Under the pieces are notes generated by a model. It was not told the DNA's origin, made no database searches, and saw nothing but the letters and a program-made list of their open reading frames with translations. From Minisyncoccota bacterium (GTDB lineage Bacteria; Patescibacteriota; Minisyncoccia; Phycocordibacterales; UBA9973): a DNA stretch of 37,026 bases. How positions within the stretch are numbered: the stretch's first letter is position 1; each line of letters starts with the position of its first letter. A program made the position numbers and the translations under genes. Positions 1 through 7,897 of this stretch are shown piece by piece. Location: positions 1 through 37,026 of the forward strand of contig JBBDZS010000001.1 of assembly GCA_040900015.1 (NCBI GenBank), read 5' to 3'.

Positions 1-91
1 TTTTAATTCTTCTCGAAAAAAGTTCGAGCAAAGTGTATAATTACAGCACAAAAACTCGCAAGTAAATAAATTCACTTGCTTTATGTTTTTG

Positions 92-163
92 TGCCCTCGG
101 TAGGAATCGAACCTACATCGCAAACTCCGCAAGCTCGCATTCTATCCATTGAACTACGAGGGC
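92..163 (-). tRNA. tRNA-Arg, anticodon read as GCG
   Basis: The reverse complement folds as a 72 nt cloverleaf. Acceptor GCCCTCG/CGAGGGC with discriminator A, D arm GTTC..GAAT, anticodon stem CGAGC/GTTTG, loop TTGCGGA, T arm GTAGG-TTCGATT-CCTAC. The backbone is nearly identical to the tRNA-Arg(TCT) at 8051-8122. Confidence 0.8.
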
Positions 164-210
164 AATATTAATATATACAAAAACCCTATCAGTTTTTAAT
201 TAAAAGTCCA

Positions 211-675
211 CTAAAAGCCAAAAAAATCCATTATTTTTTCTGATGGATGCTCTTTCATTTCTTCTTCGATCACACCCTTAACCGTAAAAATTTCATGGAC
301 CTTTTCCACAAGATATGATTCGAGAGGAACGGAAATTATAGGCACAAAAATTCGGTCGGAACGGATGAATAAATTGGGTTTCTCTTGATCTATCCAAAAG
401 GATTTGATGCTCTGGTAAAGATAGATTTGGTCGTGGATCTTTATGCCTTTGTCATTGAGTTCGAAGGTCACCATATCTGGATGTTTGGTGGCGAAGTATC
501 CGAGTAGGATTCCGCTTAGGACTATGAGGAGAGCGAAAAAATAATTACCAAAAATTGCGGAGGCCGCCGCCGATGCGAAGACGATGACGCCAAGTGCCCA
601 AAACCAATCGTCGCTCCGTTCTGTATGTTCGTATTCTAGCGCGGACCAGGAAATTGTTTCGACTGGGGTATTCAT
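211..675 (-). CDS. Hypothetical membrane protein with two N-terminal TM helices and a small soluble C-terminal domain (possibly bacterial PH-like)
   Basis: 154 aa ORF with hydrophobic stretches WFWALGVIVFASAAASAIF and FFALLIVLSGILLGYF. TATACT lies exactly 6 nt upstream of the ATG on the minus strand (682-687). Confidence 0.6.
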   Translation of the reverse strand: MNTPVETISWSALEYEHTERSDDWFWALGVIVFASAAASAIFGNYFFALLIVLSGILLGYFATKHPDMVTFELNDKGIKIHDQIYLYQSIKSFWIDQEKPNLFIRSDRIFVPIISVPLESYLVEKVHEIFTVKGVIEEEMKEHPSEKIMDFFGF

Positions 676-710
676 TTATAAAGTATACAAAGTGGGAGAG
701 GATATGTCTA

Positions 711-1499
711 TTAGATTTTCGTGTCAATTTCTACCTTAACGGAGGTTTCTTCAATTATTGGTTCAATTTCGCTTACTTCTTCGAGCATGGGCCCCTCTTC
801 GATTGTTCCCTCAAGAAGATCTTCGCTTTTTTCCTCTTCCGTTTCTCCGACTTCCTGGGTGGGATCAGCCGGCAGAGAAACTTTGGCCCTTACGGTGTTT
901 TCCAAAATTGTGATTTCAATTTCTTGTTTTTTGTCTGTTGTGGTTTTTGCTTCTTTCAAGACATCCGCTTGCGAGTTTAGGGATTTTTCGAATGAATCGC
1001 GAATTGCATCAGTTTTCAGTTTGGGAACCTCTGCTTTTGTTTCTTCTGATTTGATGGTTTTATCAAATTCGAGCACGCTCTTATTGAAAAGAATTTCTAT
1101 TTCCGCTCGATGTTCGGCGGTGAATTTATTGCGTTCCACTAGCTTGGTCGCTTCATCCAGACGGCGAAGGGCTTTTTGGGCCTGCCATTTTACTTGCGAT
1201 TCGCCGCTTCGATTTAGTGCGCCTAAGACAGGCTCGGCTACACGGACTTTGAATTTATACAAACTATCCCCGGGGATGGATCCGAGCGAAGCGGAAGTGA
1301 CGCTACCGCCGCTCATTACAAGCAACAACAGCGAAGCGAGAGTGTACACCAAAGGACGATGGGTAAATTTCCATTTACTAGGAATCGGCGCGTAAGGGGA
1401 TCTAACTCGGGTAGTAGTGACACGCTCCAAAATGATCCGTCTTTCCGTCGGGTCGAGCTTGATATTTTTTATTTCATTTTGAATGTCTTTTATTTTCAT
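711..1499 (-). CDS. Membrane-anchored anti-sigma-like protein (DUF5667-like) downstream of the ECF sigma factor
   Basis: The ORF track extends to 1712, but that part overlaps the sigma gene. The internal ATG at 1499 (MKIKDIQNEI...) lies 5 nt after the sigma stop codon. One TM helix (LVYTLASLLLLVMSGG) is followed by a GDSLYKFKVRVAEPV segment typical of DUF5667-type proteins and an acidic C-terminus. Confidence 0.6.
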   Translation of the reverse strand: MKIKDIQNEIKNIKLDPTERRIILERVTTTRVRSPYAPIPSKWKFTHRPLVYTLASLLLLVMSGGSVTSASLGSIPGDSLYKFKVRVAEPVLGALNRSGESQVKWQAQKALRRLDEATKLVERNKFTAEHRAEIEILFNKSVLEFDKTIKSEETKAEVPKLKTDAIRDSFEKSLNSQADVLKEAKTTTDKKQEIEITILENTVRAKVSLPADPTQEVGETEEEKSEDLLEGTIEEGPMLEEVSEIEPIIEETSVKVEIDTKI

Positions 1500-1504
1500 A
1501 TATT

Positions 1505-2035
1505 TTATACTAAATCTTCTATGTTCAGATATTTTTGGAGTTTTTTGATGCCCCTGGTAATTCGAATGGAGATAGTATTCGCGTTGCTCTCCAGCATGCG
1601 GGCGATCTCGGGAGGGGAGAGATCTTCGATCAACCTCAAATACACGGGTTCGCGATAAGGATCCGGGAGGAAATTTATCGCTTCTATTATCTCGGTTACT
1701 TCCGCAGACCAAATGATGTCCTTGCTTGCTTTGGGGTCTTCTGGCTCGAAATTTTTTTCATCTTCTCTTCGATGCATCATCGCATCAAGCGAGACGGATT
1801 TTTTTTTGCGGTACCAGTCGATAATGCGGTTGCGAAGGACTGCAAAAAGGAAAGCTCGGGGGTTGCGGATATCTTCGTCTTTTTGGAGGGCTTGCCAGAG
1901 CTCGATAAATACTTCTTGCACTATGTCTATCGCTTGGGCGCGATTGCTTATTCGAAACAAACAATAACGAAATAAGGTATCTGCCTCGTTAGCGTAAATC
2001 TCCTCAAAATATTCTTTTGTGTTGGGAGCTTTCAT
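1505..2035 (-). CDS. ECF-type RNA polymerase sigma-70 family factor
   Basis: 176 aa. Region 2-like (IVQEVFIELWQ, RAFLFAVLRNRIIDWYRKK) and region 4-like (YREPVYLRLIEDLSPPEIARMLESNANTISIRITRGIKKL) segments. Confidence 0.9.
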   Translation of the reverse strand: MKAPNTKEYFEEIYANEADTLFRYCLFRISNRAQAIDIVQEVFIELWQALQKDEDIRNPRAFLFAVLRNRIIDWYRKKKSVSLDAMMHRREDEKNFEPEDPKASKDIIWSAEVTEIIEAINFLPDPYREPVYLRLIEDLSPPEIARMLESNANTISIRITRGIKKLQKYLNIEDLV

Positions 2036-2140
2036 ATATTAAAGACGAACTAGGCATGTTTTTCTTTCAAGAGCCGCGAGCCCCTAATATACAATTCTGC
2101 CATACGGCGAATCTACTTTTTCGAAAGTTTAGATGGTTTT

Positions 2141-2674
2141 TTATTCGACTTTGATCCAAGTTCCCCAGTAGCGAGGTTGGCCGAGACCGCTAGGGTCGTT
2201 GGCGATGAATCGTATTACTAATGTTTTGCCTTTGAGGCTAGCTGGAATGGTGATTGCTTGCGATACTGGCACATAGCCGGTGGTCATCCATTCTCCCTCT
2301 GCAGTTACTACGGTGTTTGGGAGTCCGTCTGCTCGGGTGCCGATGTTTACTTCTGTGAGTCCATCATACAACTTCATTTGAGTTTCCGCTTCAAAGAACA
2401 TGTAGCCTCGTACCTCCGCAGATATGGTATTGGTTCCCACCTTGAGAGTTTCTGGTTCTAAATTTCGCACGGCATCTGCTACGAATGGCCCCGGAGCAGG
2501 GGGCACGACCACTTCGCTACCCTCCTCCACTTCTTCTTGCTCTATAATAGTGTCATTAATTATTTCGTTATTATTTATCTCCGGTTCGGCTTCGGGCTGA
2601 TTGATAAGTACGATATATCCTACTAGAACAATCAAAAGAATTACAACGATCGAAACAATATGTTTTGTTTGCAT
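2141..2674 (-). CDS. Membrane-anchored protein with a C-terminal Gmad2-like immunoglobulin-like domain
   Basis: Start trimmed to the ATG at 2674 (MQTKHIVSIVVILLIVLVGYIVLI, a signal anchor). The C-terminus (AEGEWMTTGYVPVSQAITIPASLKGKTLVIRFIANDPSGLG) resembles Gmad2. It overlaps the upstream gene by 34 nt. Confidence 0.6.
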   Translation of the reverse strand: MQTKHIVSIVVILLIVLVGYIVLINQPEAEPEINNNEIINDTIIEQEEVEEGSEVVVPPAPGPFVADAVRNLEPETLKVGTNTISAEVRGYMFFEAETQMKLYDGLTEVNIGTRADGLPNTVVTAEGEWMTTGYVPVSQAITIPASLKGKTLVIRFIANDPSGLGQPRYWGTWIKVE

Positions 2675-3249
2675 TTGTTTATTATACCACAAAATACGAT
2701 AGTTATCACCGCTCCTATCAGAGCGAGAGCCATATCTTTCACCGCATCCCATGGGTCTGTGCCGCCGACGAACAAATATGCCAGCTCCGGCGGAAGGGTG
2801 GTCGTACTTATCCATTCGTAAATTTCATAAACCGCGGAAAAGGATATAATTATGTTTATTGGCAAAAAATAGCTCCAGAAGCCACCGATATTTGTTGCTT
2901 TAAGGAAAAATTCACGAACAGGGTAGACCATCAGTAAGCCGAAAAGAAAATGCATTAGGCGGTCGTACTGATTGCGTTCGCTTCCGGTCCAGTCGCCCAG
3001 AATTTCTCCGAAAGGCACAAAACCGTAATTGTAATGTGCGCCCACTAAATGAAGAATGAGAAAGACCGTAATAATAGTATATGAAATATTTGAGAGTTTA
3101 AAATACCTTCCTAATATGATAATGATCGGGACCCATAGAAAAACTATAAAATTTTCCTGGAGCCAATTTTGAGGAGTCGCCGGCCCTATCGCCGACAATA
3201 TCCAAGCAATGGTAAATATAGTAATTAAAAAATAGTGATATTTGGTCAT
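2641..3249 (-). CDS. DUF2238 (E. coli YjdF-like) inner membrane protein
   Basis: Multi-TM ORF with LILHLVGAHYNYGFVPFG and NQYDRLMHFLFGLL segments typical of DUF2238. The ATG at 3249 is preferred. The ORF track start at 3273 is a TTG and remains an alternative. Confidence 0.7.
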   Translation of the reverse strand: MTKYHYFLITIFTIAWILSAIGPATPQNWLQENFIVFLWVPIIIILGRYFKLSNISYTIITVFLILHLVGAHYNYGFVPFGEILGDWTGSERNQYDRLMHFLFGLLMVYPVREFFLKATNIGGFWSYFLPINIIISFSAVYEIYEWISTTTLPPELAYLFVGGTDPWDAVKDMALALIGAVITIVFCGIINKCKQNILFRSL

Positions 3250-3316
3250 GATAAAGTGCGTTATTTCCCCCAACTAGGCCTGCGTCTTATCCGCTCACAG
3301 TATTCTTAGTGTCTAT

Positions 3317-3325
3317 ATTATAGCA
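3317..3325 (-). promoter_or_regulatory. Extended -10 promoter candidate (TGcTATAAT on the minus strand) for the DUF2238 gene, implying a roughly 60 nt 5' UTR
   Basis: The reverse complement of 3317-3325 reads TGCTATAAT. No -35 was evaluated. Confidence 0.3.
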
Positions 3326-3439
3326 AATTTTTGATTTTATTTTCTTGCGGGCAGTCTTTCGTCGTGGCTCAGGATCTTTGATTTGGTACACAGTTGTCTG
3401 CCTGTGTAGGCAGGAAACTGGGTTGTTGGTGAATAAGTG

Positions 3440-3979
3440 TTAAATCAACCTATCAAGTAACGGAAACTCTTTATACGGCTGATTATAATAATTAGAACCC
3501 ATATGCCCTTCATGTAAAACAATCTGAATTCCTCCAAGTTTATCAAACATAATTCGTCCCTGTTTATCATCACAAGTCCAAGGATCATTGTCTGAATTAA
3601 TAAAAATTAATTCTTTACATTTACCTTGTATTTCAGTCCAATTAAAATCTTCAGTATTCTTTTCAGCATTTGGAGTCATTCGTAAGGCCTTTGCATATCC
3701 AGAAACCATAATTGCTTGTGTAATGGGAGTTTTAATATTCTCTAATATGCTTAAGATTAATTGTGCTCCAGCGGAATGTCCGATCAAAACTGTTTCTTCA
3801 TTAAATTTTCCATTCTCTAAAACAAAAGAAAGCCAATCTTTTAGGTTCGGGGTTTCAGCATTTGGAAGTTGAGGAAGCCATACCTCAAAACCTTTTTGTT
3901 CTAACTTTTCTTTAATATATGGAAACCAGAAATCAGTATTTTTGTCACCTGTACCATGGAGTATAATCGCATTTTTCAT
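3440..3979 (-). CDS. Alpha/beta serine hydrolase, YdeN/RBBP9-like
   Basis: 179 aa. ILHG near the N-terminus, nucleophile elbow GHSAG and a late HxGH segment (LHEGHMG). The minus-strand sequence TGgTAAACT lies 6 nt upstream of the ATG. Confidence 0.75.
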   Translation of the reverse strand: MKNAIILHGTGDKNTDFWFPYIKEKLEQKGFEVWLPQLPNAETPNLKDWLSFVLENGKFNEETVLIGHSAGAQLILSILENIKTPITQAIMVSGYAKALRMTPNAEKNTEDFNWTEIQGKCKELIFINSDNDPWTCDDKQGRIMFDKLGGIQIVLHEGHMGSNYYNQPYKEFPLLDRLI

Positions 3980-4005
3980 GTTTTCAGTTTACCATAAAAC
4001 CGTTG

Positions 4006-4090
4006 CGGAGGCGGTGAGATTCGAACTCACGGTGCCTTGCGGCACTCCTGTTTTCAAGACAGGTGCACTAAACCACTATGCGACGCCTCC
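4006..4090 (-). tRNA. tRNA-Ser (anticodon TGA), long variable arm
   Basis: The reverse complement is GGAGGCGTCGCATAGTGGTTTAGTGCACCTGTCTTGAAAACAGGAGTGCCGCAAGGCACCGTGAGTTCGAATCTCACCGCCTCCG. Anticodon loop CTTGAAA, variable arm GTGCCGCAAGGCAC. Confidence 0.9.
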
Positions 4091-4099
4091 GTTAATTTT

Positions 4100-4342
4100 T
4101 CAACAATCAAATAACTTTTTAAATTTTATACCTCCCTTATAACTCTTAAGTTCAAACTCTCTCTGATAAGCCTCTTGTTTGGTATTAAAAGTTTCTGTGT
4201 AAACAATATCCCAAGGCACACTGCTTTTAGTTGATTTCACCTGGCCACCGTTGTGCCTAGATAACCTATCATCTAAGTTGCCGGTATGTCCAATGTAATG
4301 CTTTTCATTTTTTATACTTTTCAAAATATAAACCTGGAACAT
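4100..4342 (-). CDS. Small GIY-YIG nuclease domain protein (UPF0213/YhbQ-like)
   Basis: 80 aa. VYILKS...HYIGHTGNLDDRLSRHN contains the GIY/YIG-type motifs and the conserved Arg. The ORF ends 9 nt upstream of tRNA-Ser. Confidence 0.85.
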   Translation of the reverse strand: MFQVYILKSIKNEKHYIGHTGNLDDRLSRHNGGQVKSTKSSVPWDIVYTETFNTKQEAYQREFELKSYKGGIKFKKLFDC

Positions 4343-4356
4343 ATATTTTCAATTGA

Positions 4357-4411
4357 ACTAAACCACCCACCGCAGAGCGGGGTCCAGCCGTGCGGGATAT
4401 GCGACTCCTCC
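4357..4411 (-). pseudogene. Pseudo tRNA-Ser 5' fragment (acceptor 5' strand plus D arm) interrupted by a 31 nt GC-rich insert
   Basis: The minus strand reads GGAGGAGTCGCATA + 31 nt (4367-4397) + GTGGTTTAGT. The intact tRNA-Ser 5' end reads GGAGGCGTCGCATA-GTGGTTTAGT, so 23 of 24 positions match. There is no anticodon arm, T arm or 3' acceptor strand. Confidence 0.65.
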
Positions 4412-4463
4412 CTAATACAAATCGATATTACCAAAAAAGAGCGTTTTATGCTAGTATTTTGAA

Positions 4464-4901
4464 ATGAGATTTCTCGGGATAGACTATGGAGAAAAGAGGA
4501 TTGGCATCGCAATTTCGGATGAAAATCTTAGCCTCGCATTTCCAAAAGAGATAATTCCAAATGATGCGAAACTACTCGGAAGGATAGGCGAAATATTAGA
4601 GGAAGAAAACATTTCGGAGATAGTGGTCGGTGAATCGGTCAATTTAGATGGTAGCCCGAATAAGATAGGGGAGAAGATAAACAGTTTTATCGAAGTGTTT
4701 AGAGAAAAATTTAATTTGCCCGTACATACAGAGAAGGAGTTTCTGACTTCTGTTGAAGCCAGAAAAAGTATTGAAGGGAAGAGCACTCTCAACACCAGTC
4801 AGGCGCACAGCAGGGCAAAAGAAGAAACAAGCGAGAGATATGACGCTAGTGCCGCGGCCCTAATCCTCCAGCGATTTTTGGACAAGAAGAATAAAAAATA
4901 A
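4464..4901 (+). CDS. ruvX: Holliday junction resolvase-like / pre-16S rRNA nuclease RuvX (YqgF)
   Basis: 145 aa starting MRFLGIDYGEKRIGIAISD, typical of YqgF. TGcTAGTAT lies 6 nt upstream of the ATG. Confidence 0.9.
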   Translation: MRFLGIDYGEKRIGIAISDENLSLAFPKEIIPNDAKLLGRIGEILEEENISEIVVGESVNLDGSPNKIGEKINSFIEVFREKFNLPVHTEKEFLTSVEARKSIEGKSTLNTSQAHSRAKEETSERYDASAAALILQRFLDKKNKK

Positions 4902-4902
4902 A

Positions 4903-5232
4903 ATGATAACTTTCGATGAATTCAAGAAAATAGAAATAAAGCTCGGGAAGATTCTATCTGCCGAGAAAGTGCCTGACACTGACAAACTGCTTAGGCTATC
5001 GGTCGACCTGGGAGAAGCGACGCCTAGGCAGATAATTTCCGGAATTTCTTTGTATTTTCCGGACTGTTCTGTCTTGGTTGGCAGAAAATGCATGTTCGTT
5101 GCCAATCTCGAGCCGCGCGTCATTCGTGGATTCGAAAGCCAGGGAATGATATTTGCTTTATCCACCGAAGACGGTGTTTTTTCTTTGCTCTCTCCAGACA
5201 TCGATTTACCTGTGGGCATGATAGCCAAATAA
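4903..5232 (+). CDS. tRNA-binding domain protein (CsaA / MetRS C-terminal EMAP-like OB fold)
   Basis: 109 aa. FKKIEIKLGKILSAEKVPDTDKLLRLSVDLGE...RQIISGI...VANLEPRVIRGFESQGMI matches the tRNA_bind pattern. It starts 1 nt after the ruvX stop codon. Confidence 0.85.
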   Translation: MITFDEFKKIEIKLGKILSAEKVPDTDKLLRLSVDLGEATPRQIISGISLYFPDCSVLVGRKCMFVANLEPRVIRGFESQGMIFALSTEDGVFSLLSPDIDLPVGMIAK

Positions 5233-5262
5233 GTGCAAAAAATTGTGGCGGTATATTAATGG

Positions 5263-6366
5263 ATGTCGTATAATAAAAGAGCGATGTCGAAAAATTTATT
5301 TAGCAGATTTTTCCCTACCCCAGTATTTTTATCTATGCCGTCTTTCGGCCTTGATCTCTCAGATGAATCATTGAAATTTTTGGAATTGCTGGATACCAAA
5401 GAAGGGCTGAAAGTGGGTAGGCACGGAGAACGCAAAATTCCTCCAGGTATCATCGAATCCGGTAAGATTATTGATTCCAAGCGCCTCGAAGAAGTGCTCA
5501 CTAGCCTGCGTAAAGAAGAAGGCATTCATTCGGTGCGCGTTTCTCTTCCTGAAGAGCAAGTCTATTTGTTTTCGATTCGTCTGGAAAAGGCGGGGCTGGT
5601 AAGCATACGCGAAGGCATTGAGCTCGCGCTCGAAGAACACATACCGATTCCCGCGGAGGATGCAATTTTCGATTACGAGGTTACCAACGAAGACGAAAAG
5701 ACAATATATTTGGAAGTGGCGGCAATTCCTAAGAATGTGATTGAAGAATATCTTTCAGTTTTTGCCCACTCGGCTATTTTTGTGAACGCGTTCGAGATCG
5801 AGGCTCAGGCTATATCGAGAGCAGTGATAAAAAAAGGAGATATGGGTACATATATGATAGTGGATTTCGGGGAAAAAAGGACAGGGATATTCATAATTTC
5901 GCGAGGGGTCGTGATGTTCGCTTCCACACTCGATGTGGGCGGGGTGATGCTTACCAATATGATCAAAAAGAGCTTCAATGTCAGTTATGAAGAAGCGGAG
6001 CAGATGAAAAAAACTTACGGACTCAAGCGTAATGCGGAAAATAAGGAAATATTTGCGGTATTATTAAACAGCGTTTCGATTCTGCGCGATGAAATTGTGA
6101 AGCATTTCCTGTATTGGCATACTCATAAAGATGAGGAGGGTAAGAACAATCCACCCATCAAGAGCATCATTCTCTGTGGAGGGGATTCAAATCTGATTGG
6201 TCTACCGGATTATTTTTCTGTAAGCATGCAAAATACAGTAGAAATGGCGGATGTGTGGGTCAACATAGATAATACCGCAAGGTCAGTGCCCGGAATAAAT
6301 TTCAAGCAGGCGCTTTCGTTCGCTGCATCTATCGGGCTTGCTTTGGCTAATTTCGAATACGATTAA
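5263..6366 (+). CDS. pilM: Type IV pilus assembly protein PilM (actin-like ATPase fold)
   Basis: 367 aa. GLDLSDESLKFLEL..., IVDFGEKRTGIFI and ILCGGDSNLIGLPDYF are typical of PilM, and PilN/PilO-like genes follow. The alternative start at 5284 (MSKNLF) is equally possible. Confidence 0.85.
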   Translation: MSYNKRAMSKNLFSRFFPTPVFLSMPSFGLDLSDESLKFLELLDTKEGLKVGRHGERKIPPGIIESGKIIDSKRLEEVLTSLRKEEGIHSVRVSLPEEQVYLFSIRLEKAGLVSIREGIELALEEHIPIPAEDAIFDYEVTNEDEKTIYLEVAAIPKNVIEEYLSVFAHSAIFVNAFEIEAQAISRAVIKKGDMGTYMIVDFGEKRTGIFIISRGVVMFASTLDVGGVMLTNMIKKSFNVSYEEAEQMKKTYGLKRNAENKEIFAVLLNSVSILRDEIVKHFLYWHTHKDEEGKNNPPIKSIILCGGDSNLIGLPDYFSVSMQNTVEMADVWVNIDNTARSVPGINFKQALSFAASIGLALANFEYD

Positions 6367-6369
6367 ATT

Positions 6370-6912
6370 ATGATTAATTTGATTCCAAATGAAGAGAAGA
6401 AGCGAATGAGGCGAGGATTTTATTATCGTCTGATGGTTGTGCTTTTACTCGCGCTTGCATCTGCGGTTTTCATATCAGTTGTCGCCATCACTCCGTCCTA
6501 CTTTATTTCTTCGATCAAAAAGAACCTAGCAGAGAGCAGATTGGAAAATCAAAGCAACGAGCCGGTACACCTGCCAGACCAGGCGACGGAAAAGTTGATA
6601 GCGGAGCTAAATCATAAGCTTACGATAATTGAGAACGAAAAGGGAAATACATTCTTTGTTTCCGAAAGAGTGGTAAATGAGATAGTTCTCAAAAAGCTTT
6701 CGGATATAAAAATACATCAAATATATTACGAGGATAGTCCAGCTGGTGGAAAAAAGATAACCATTCGCGGAGTGGCCCCTTCACGAGAACGCTTGCTCCG
6801 TTTCCGCAGAGCACTCGAGGACGATAGCTTTTTTAAGCAGGTCGACTTGCCGATATCAAATTTCGTAAGAGGCTCGAATATTCAATTTTCGCTTAGCCTC
6901 ATTCCCTCATAA
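6370..6912 (+). CDS. pilN: PilN-like pilus assembly protein
   Basis: 180 aa. The N-terminal INLIP motif is followed by a single TM helix. It starts 3 nt after the pilM stop codon. Confidence 0.7.
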   Translation: MINLIPNEEKKRMRRGFYYRLMVVLLLALASAVFISVVAITPSYFISSIKKNLAESRLENQSNEPVHLPDQATEKLIAELNHKLTIIENEKGNTFFVSERVVNEIVLKKLSDIKIHQIYYEDSPAGGKKITIRGVAPSRERLLRFRRALEDDSFFKQVDLPISNFVRGSNIQFSLSLIPS

Positions 6913-6960
6913 TTATGACCCATTCGATCAAACTCAGGGTCATGGTGATACAATAGAACC

Positions 6961-7488
6961 ATGAAAATAAATTTTAGAAAAATACCCTTTCTCATCTCGG
7001 TCACGCTACTTTTCGTCGCGGTTTTTGCTTTTTCAGCAATTTATATGAAGACAGCAGAAAATAATAGAGAAGCCGAAGAATTGATCGGACAATGGAGAGT
7101 AGAGCTCGATCGCAGAGAAGAAATTAAGTCTCTTGAGAGATCGATTCAGATGTTTGATGTGGAAATGAAGTCTCTCGACACCCATTTTGCCTACGGACAA
7201 GATGTGGTACCTTTCTTAAACACAGTTGAAAGCTTGGCCCGAGCCACAGGAGCCGACCCAGAGATACTTTCGGTGGCTACTTCGGAAGAGGAGGAAATCC
7301 TCATAGTCAGAATGTCCGCCGAGGGTAGTTTTGAATCATTGTACAAATTTCTAAAATTACTCGAAAATTCGCCATATGAACTCCGCTTTGCATTAGTTGA
7401 TTTGAGTTCGAAAGATGGGCCAAACGGTGTGAGAAGTGGCTCCTGGCAGTTGATGCTTAATTTCAAATTACTAACTTTTATCAGATAA
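6961..7488 (+). CDS. PilO-like pilus assembly protein
   Basis: 175 aa with an N-terminal TM helix, a coiled-coil segment and a ferredoxin-like C-terminus. The call rests on position after pilM/pilN. TGaTACAAT lies 6 nt upstream of the ATG. Confidence 0.55.
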   Translation: MKINFRKIPFLISVTLLFVAVFAFSAIYMKTAENNREAEELIGQWRVELDRREEIKSLERSIQMFDVEMKSLDTHFAYGQDVVPFLNTVESLARATGADPEILSVATSEEEEILIVRMSAEGSFESLYKFLKLLENSPYELRFALVDLSSKDGPNGVRSGSWQLMLNFKLLTFIR

Positions 7489-7492
7489 AATT

Positions 7493-7801
7493 ATGCAGAT
7501 TAAATTTTCAAAAAAGAAGAAGATTTTGCACAAAGGGACGGTGCATATAAATCCGGATATATACTGGCAGATGATCTGTTTATCCGCGCTCACTCTAGCC
7601 GTTTTGGGTTGCGTGTTCGGATTTTATCTTTTTACTAAGGTCAACAAGGATTTTATTTCTCTGGGAGAAGAAGACGCCAACACTGCAGAAAAAGTAAAAA
7701 AAGAAAGGCTAGATAGTGCTTTAGAGTATTTCCAGGAAAGAAAAGAGAGATCCTCGGATATTCTTTCCAGTCCGTCACCCATCGTTGACCCATCGCTCTA
7801 A
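7493..7801 (+). CDS. Small single-TM protein of unknown function, last gene of the pil cluster
   Basis: 102 aa with a TM helix (MICLSALTLAVLGCVFGFYLF). It starts 4 nt after the preceding stop codon. Confidence 0.5.
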   Translation: MQIKFSKKKKILHKGTVHINPDIYWQMICLSALTLAVLGCVFGFYLFTKVNKDFISLGEEDANTAEKVKKERLDSALEYFQERKERSSDILSSPSPIVDPSL

Positions 7802-7821
7802 AAATGGTAATTTAGTGCTAG

Positions 7822-7897
7822 GCGCGGTTAGCTCAGTTGGTAGAGCAATCCGTTTACACCGGAAAGGTCGTAGGTTCGAGTCCTACACCGCGCACCA
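7822..7897 (+). tRNA. tRNA-Val (anticodon TAC), CCA encoded
   Basis: GCGCGGT-TA-GCTCAGTTGGTAGAGC-A-ATCCG-TTTACAC-CGGAA-AGGTC-GTAGGTTCGAGTCCTAC-ACCGCGC-A-CCA. Confidence 0.9.

Noticed and set aside
721-1395. Long antisense or shadow ORFs in the six-frame track. Examples are 721-1395 (+), 4484-4795 (-), 10150-10626 (-), 13866-14378 (-), 22899-23501 (-), 27522-27932 (-), 35984-36529 (-) and 36599-36913 (-).
   Set aside because: Each lies fully inside, and opposite or out of frame to, a gene with clear family motifs. The translations are low-complexity (Ser/Leu/Arg/Phe-rich) with no recognisable domains.
711-1712. N-terminal extensions proposed by the ORF track: 711-1712, 2141-2815, 31044-31511, 32503-32724 and 33861-36038.
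   Set aside because: The extended parts overlap upstream genes or a hairpin. Internal ATGs give canonical family N-termini: S12 [35 protein letters not shown], and signal-anchor starts.
3274-3439. A yjdF riboswitch upstream of the DUF2238 (E. coli YjdF-like) gene.
   Set aside because: The match is a name coincidence. The yjdF RNA motif is associated with the unrelated Bacillus yjdF gene. I see only one modest hairpin (3397-3414) and a possible extended -10, with no recognisable riboswitch core.
4100-4342. GIY-YIG ORF as a group I intron homing endonuclease.
   Set aside because: The 80 aa protein has only the catalytic domain and no DNA-binding extension. It is not inside a host gene, and no intron-like conserved core flanks it. 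The tRNA-fragment duplication is reported instead as a possible insertion footprint.
5263-7801. The pilM-pilN-pilO cluster as something unusual.
   Set aside because: This is a standard type IV pilus inner-membrane platform arrangement, common in reduced-genome bacteria. The only noteworthy feature is the internal leaderless-type promoter before the PilO-like gene, and that is covered in the leaderless finding.
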